Below are positions 50,101 to 64,000 of a DNA stretch of 64,000 nucleotides, piece by piece (the stretch's first letter is position 1; each line of letters opens with the position of its first letter). This DNA is from Phoronis australis (Eukaryota; Animalia; Phoronida), in NCBI GenBank assembly GCA_002633005.1, contig NMRA01000042.1:1123019-1187018 (forward strand). The letters run 5' to 3'. A program made the position numbers and the translations under genes. The notes below the pieces were generated by a model. It saw only the letters and a program-made list of their open reading frames with translations. It had not been told where the DNA came from and made no database searches.

Positions 50101-50856
50101 TTCACGTAACTTCCTCAAAATGGCACCCGGTAACAGAAACTTGAGCGAACCTCGACAGATTTTCATCGATTTGTTATCCTGACTGAATCCTCTCCATACT
50201 TATGGTATGAGTTGTGCATATATGCATGGTTCATTTGATTTTATTTCCTGTATTGTGAAATTCGTAACTTTTTGTGGGGATGTACTATATCACCCCTGCA
50301 TGCCTGCGGCATCCAGAGCGATGTAATTGCCTAACAAACTACACTTTACGCACCTATTATGAATTCACAAAATTAAGTGCAGCAGAAAGTGAAATATGTT
50401 TTCAAAAATAATCTTAGTCTTGAAATGCTAAATGGGGATACATTTACATTTTGGATACAATTGGGATCACGTTTGCTTGAGAAGACCGGCGTAATCATTT
50501 AGATTTTAGACCAATTAAAAAGTACAATCTTGACTTAAGCGGCTTAAACCTAATATTCGGTCTTTGCTTAGACCAATTTCGGCCTCAATTTGGTCTTACG
50601 AAAGTTCAAGAAACCGGGATAAGACATCATGGTCTTACGTTAGCACGATTTCAGTCTCAGTTAAGACATAAATCATAAAGTTTCAAGAGACGGGCCCCCA
50701 GACACGCTGCCGCGGCTGAATGACCGACTTGGTGACTGTCTTACTAGTAATCACGGGTAATCCTTTAGGTGCTGCTACTGCTTCAATAAATCGTCAATAT
50801 AATACACGATTTAAATAAAACAAATACATACCTTCAGGAGGTTTAGGTAATTCCAT
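29111..50856 (-). CDS. CHERP: Calcium homeostasis endoplasmic reticulum protein (CHERP/SCAF6), 18 coding exons, ~742 aa: SURP, CID, Pro-rich, RS and G-patch
   Basis: Exons: 50832-50856, 49224-49394, 48297-48553, 47559-47696, 46384-46460, 44662-44736, 44023-44185, 40245-40283, 39348-39525, 38698-38735, 37840-37966, 36948-37096, 36377-36510, 35398-35547, 33739-33936, 32707-32783, 31764-31958, 29111-29148. All introns are GT-AG with consistent phases; total 2229 nt. Motifs: IDKLANFVARNGPEFE, CTKDAISAGKNW, LRLHLIYLINDILHHC, PYFDLPAGLMAPLV, NKGHMLLKKMGW. Confidence 0.95.
30447..30511. other. Assembly gap (N run) between poly-C and poly-G tracts inside a MITE-like segment
   Basis: 65 N read directly. 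A MITE-like end gctgggtgcgcccatg lies at ~30657-30672. Confidence 0.9.
31027..31122. mobile_element. ~100-bp palindromic MITE (second copy at 63029-63131)
   Basis: cattttgagaaccagttt..aaactggttctcaaaatg hairpin with outer ggatataa/ttatatccgact arms; shares its loop with the 63029 copy. Confidence 0.75.
31764..31958 (-). CDS. CHERP: CHERP exon 17 (G-patch end); reads through to a stop at 31690 if the last intron is retained
   Basis: WGGAGLGASEQGIVDPINQGDVRDKMDMYKGIGMNMQDPFEQFRKSRSQTFIQRMKSRDEMLKE; donor G/GTGGGT. Confidence 0.9.
32707..32783 (-). CDS. CHERP: CHERP exon 16 (G-patch start)
   Basis: GFQSMASLDTRLGGDNKGHMLLKKM(G). Confidence 0.92.
33007..33508. mobile_element. 502-bp MITE with CAGGGCTTGGAAT TIRs and 6-bp TSD (hAT-like termini)
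   Basis: cagggcttggaat ... attccaagccctg; ATAGAA at 33001-33006 and 33509-33514. Confidence 0.85.
33739..33936 (-). CDS. CHERP: CHERP exon 15 (RS domain)
   Basis: SPSRSASPPPYQRRSTSRSPPRRKKSKSPLPYQKSSRSRSRSRSRSRSPPPRKRSRSRSATPPNV. Confidence 0.92.
34848..35080. repeat. 26-bp minisatellite, ~8-9 copies, in CHERP intron 14
   Basis: Unit ttacagtgatcatgttactggtacca read directly. Confidence 0.95.
35398..35547 (-). CDS. CHERP: CHERP exon 14
   Basis: EGWEKLGLFEFFKAKMKARKMKEEEEGSKGRDQRSRSRSQSRSRSRSYS. Confidence 0.93.
36377..36510 (-). CDS. CHERP: CHERP exon 13
   Basis: LEDSEYRPLDPRDMRLPPPCPPSERLLAAVEAFYSPPSHEHPRD. Confidence 0.93.
36948..37096 (-). CDS. CHERP: CHERP exon 12
   Basis: PPHPRGPPGHLPDFSRPPPRFPPMMNDADLMPSVPYFDLPAGLMAPLVM. 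Confidence 0.92.
37840..37966 (-). CDS. CHERP: CHERP exon 11 (Pro-rich)
   Basis: PTSQPPPLLSFDPTKPPPNFNPNQPPPFGPRGPPGGPPFDYA. Confidence 0.85.
38698..38735 (-). CDS. CHERP: CHERP exon 10 (38 nt)
   Basis: (A)VTVPPPSAVPPG; acceptor ttttcag, donor GTGAGT; needed to keep phase. Confidence 0.78.
39130..39250 (+). mobile_element. Possible degenerate SINE core/tail fragment
   Basis: cattgtacgctcccgaggagtt ... cagcgctttg resembles recalled Deu/Nin-type SINE central and tail motifs; weak. Confidence 0.3.
39348..39525 (-). CDS. CHERP: CHERP exon 9
   Basis: ANLITQHAALVTQVTTSINERYTTLQNQHKEFVSHVQSQLQQYQQTIQQQKQQLLAPPP. Confidence 0.88.
40245..40283 (-). CDS. CHERP: CHERP exon 8 (39-nt microexon)
   Basis: QLKDPPTAWSSYQ, corresponding to the recalled vertebrate QLQSPALGLGQYQ; phase 0/0. 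Confidence 0.8.
41420..43052 (+). mobile_element. HINE/Helentron-like non-autonomous element: ~451-bp unit x3 plus a partial unit, (GGAC)n microsatellite and terminal stem-loop
   Basis: Unit starts at 41461, 41911, 42362 and 42814. (GGAC)n at ~42967-43002. Terminal hairpin ATGCGTCCACATAT-AA-ATATGTGGGCGCAT followed by an A-run. This architecture matches DINE-1/HINE elements. Confidence 0.75.
44023..44185 (-). CDS. CHERP: CHERP exon 7
   Basis: VRKNVSTLKEAIEAIVVPIFASTHVIADGERQQKLTKLLTLWENNNYFSKETTE. Confidence 0.93.
44662..44736 (-). CDS. CHERP: CHERP exon 6
   Basis: ITDKSSPFELRLHLIYLINDILHH(C). Confidence 0.93.
44770..45585. mobile_element. 816-bp MITE with ~30-bp TIRs and 3-bp TSD (PIF/Harbinger-like)
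   Basis: gggctgttccagcaaaatctgtatgggagggggg ... cccccctcccacacggattttactggaacagccc; GAA at 44767-44769 and 45586-45588. Confidence 0.85.
46384..46460 (-). CDS. CHERP: CHERP exon 5
   Basis: AGKNWIFTHNVTDDHSKLFATYLKV(R); donor GTGAGT. Confidence 0.9.
47559..47696 (-). CDS. CHERP: CHERP exon 4 (start of CID)
   Basis: VEIDEKIGKVEDEALNALSTKCELPLAELDGVTKPIIESCTKDAIS. Confidence 0.92.
48297..48553 (-). CDS. CHERP: CHERP exon 3 (Q-rich)
   Basis: MNQQKQKLAQ...VKQSEQNLAAQYQSLIQQQQ; AG/GT boundaries in phase. Confidence 0.9.
49224..49394 (-). CDS. CHERP: CHERP exon 2 (SURP domain)
   Basis: DPELKNIIDKLANFVARNGPEFEQMTKGKQKENPKFSFLFGGEFFNYYQYRVTTEQA. Confidence 0.95.
49472..50698. mobile_element. Old Harbinger-like MITE with TTAAGAC-rich subterminal repeats in CHERP intron 1, probably carrying a nested insertion (~49634-50325)
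   Basis: Imperfect TIRs ggggcttatttcatgaaa / tttcaagagacgggcccc. A related left end lies at ~28585-28610. Internal hairpins gtagcccc..ggggctac. Confidence 0.5.
50832..50856 (-). CDS. CHERP: CHERP exon 1 (MELPKPPE)
   Basis: caaaATG start, donor GTATG; resembles the vertebrate MEMPLPPD N-terminus. Confidence 0.85.
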
Positions 50857-51573
50857 TTTGGACTAATATAAATATAATGAGTAGAAAAGTCACAATTTAC
50901 AATTGCATTGCTTTCGGGTGAATCCGCCAGGTGTCACCTTAGTTATATTTAAGGGATCGACGGGAAAATTTGTGTTTTTTAATTTTCGAGGCAAAACTTT
51001 ATTTTGTAGTCATTATACGAACAGCCAATTTAACATTGAAATTTCATTATAGATGAAATAACGTTGGTTTTATTATTGAAAAATCTCAAATGGAAACAAA
51101 GGAGACCTTGATATCACGTGATGCTTGCACTTTGAAAGCGTACGAGGAGGTAAACACTGTGGGCGATGTGCGCCTGAGTCGTTTAAGGTAAGTTAAACAG
51201 TGACGCATTTTGATAATATCGTATACAACGATTGTAATCATTATATGATGTTCTTATCTAAAGTATGCAACGCAAATCCTCTTCAAATCACCTCGCACGG
51301 GACTCAGTTTGTGCGAAATTGACACATGTTTTGAAAAACACATTTGGTCACGTGACTTACTGACGTGTTACTGTATGAGTCATTAGTTCTCCGGGGTTAT
51401 CCCGTGATTTCCGCGAACCCTGCCTTGCATCAGATGGCGAGATGTGGTGATGTGTTTATTTACGTGGAAGTCAGTCGTGGAAGATAGCGTGGCAGCGAGC
51501 GGTTGTGTTTGGAAGGGTAACCTTCAGAAGGTGTGTTTTTAAACACTGGTTGAAAGATCTGTTTTTATAAAGA
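50857..51573. promoter_or_regulatory. Shared divergent (head-to-head) promoter region of CHERP and MKNK
   Basis: About 720 bp separates the two candidate ATGs. The region is CpG-enriched relative to its flanks and has E-box palindromes ATCACGTGAT (51113-51122) and GTCACGTGAC (51347-51356), TGACGT (51361) and AP-1 TGAGTCA (51376-51382). Confidence 0.6.
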
Positions 51574-63697
<12,124 letters not shown>

Positions 63698-64000
63698 GAA
63701 CACGTTTTCGTTGAAATTTCCTGTGGAGCTGCCAGAGTAATTTTTGTTGTGCAATTGCTTGGACTTTAGTCACTGCCCAACTCTTGGCAGTGAAGACACG
63801 TCAAAAGCTGTTAATCTTTAATTTTCTGTTGGTGCTTAAAAGTTTGATATTTATGAAGAGATGTCAGTATGCAGTTGTCAGATGGTGTATCAAAATGATA
63901 CTAATTTGTATTTGAATGAAGCAGCTATCATAACATTTCTTTAGTAGTACTTTCTTGAATCAGAATGCATCTAAATCAAAATGTGGCTGGCTTGTAACAC

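Overview
Eukaryotic, intron-rich, AT-rich genomic DNA, most likely from a bilaterian invertebrate. I reconstructed three host genes by hand from splice sites and reading-frame phase. (1) Two exons of a PhyH-family Fe(II)/2-oxoglutarate dioxygenase on the minus strand (1661-3344; the gene runs off the left edge). (2) A complete 18-exon CHERP/SCAF6 gene (SURP, CID, Pro-rich, RS, G-patch) on the minus strand, 29111-50856, about 742 aa. (3) Head-to-head with it, a MAPK-interacting kinase MKNK/Mnk gene (DFD motif) on the plus strand, about 51574-63697. The 3.4-27.5 kb interval and the CHERP introns are full of transposon-derived DNA: a decayed Academ-like XPG/PIN ORF, a spliced THAP-domain pseudogene, a LINE 3' fragment and several MITEs with readable TSDs. 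The most striking structures are a Helentron/HINE-like element whose internal tandem array carries a CTCF-consensus-like motif about every 150 bp, and an 8-kb foldback element (19301-27281, 4-bp TSD AGAG, modular palindrome-linked arms) inserted into one copy of that element. All family assignments come from recalled motifs, not database searches.
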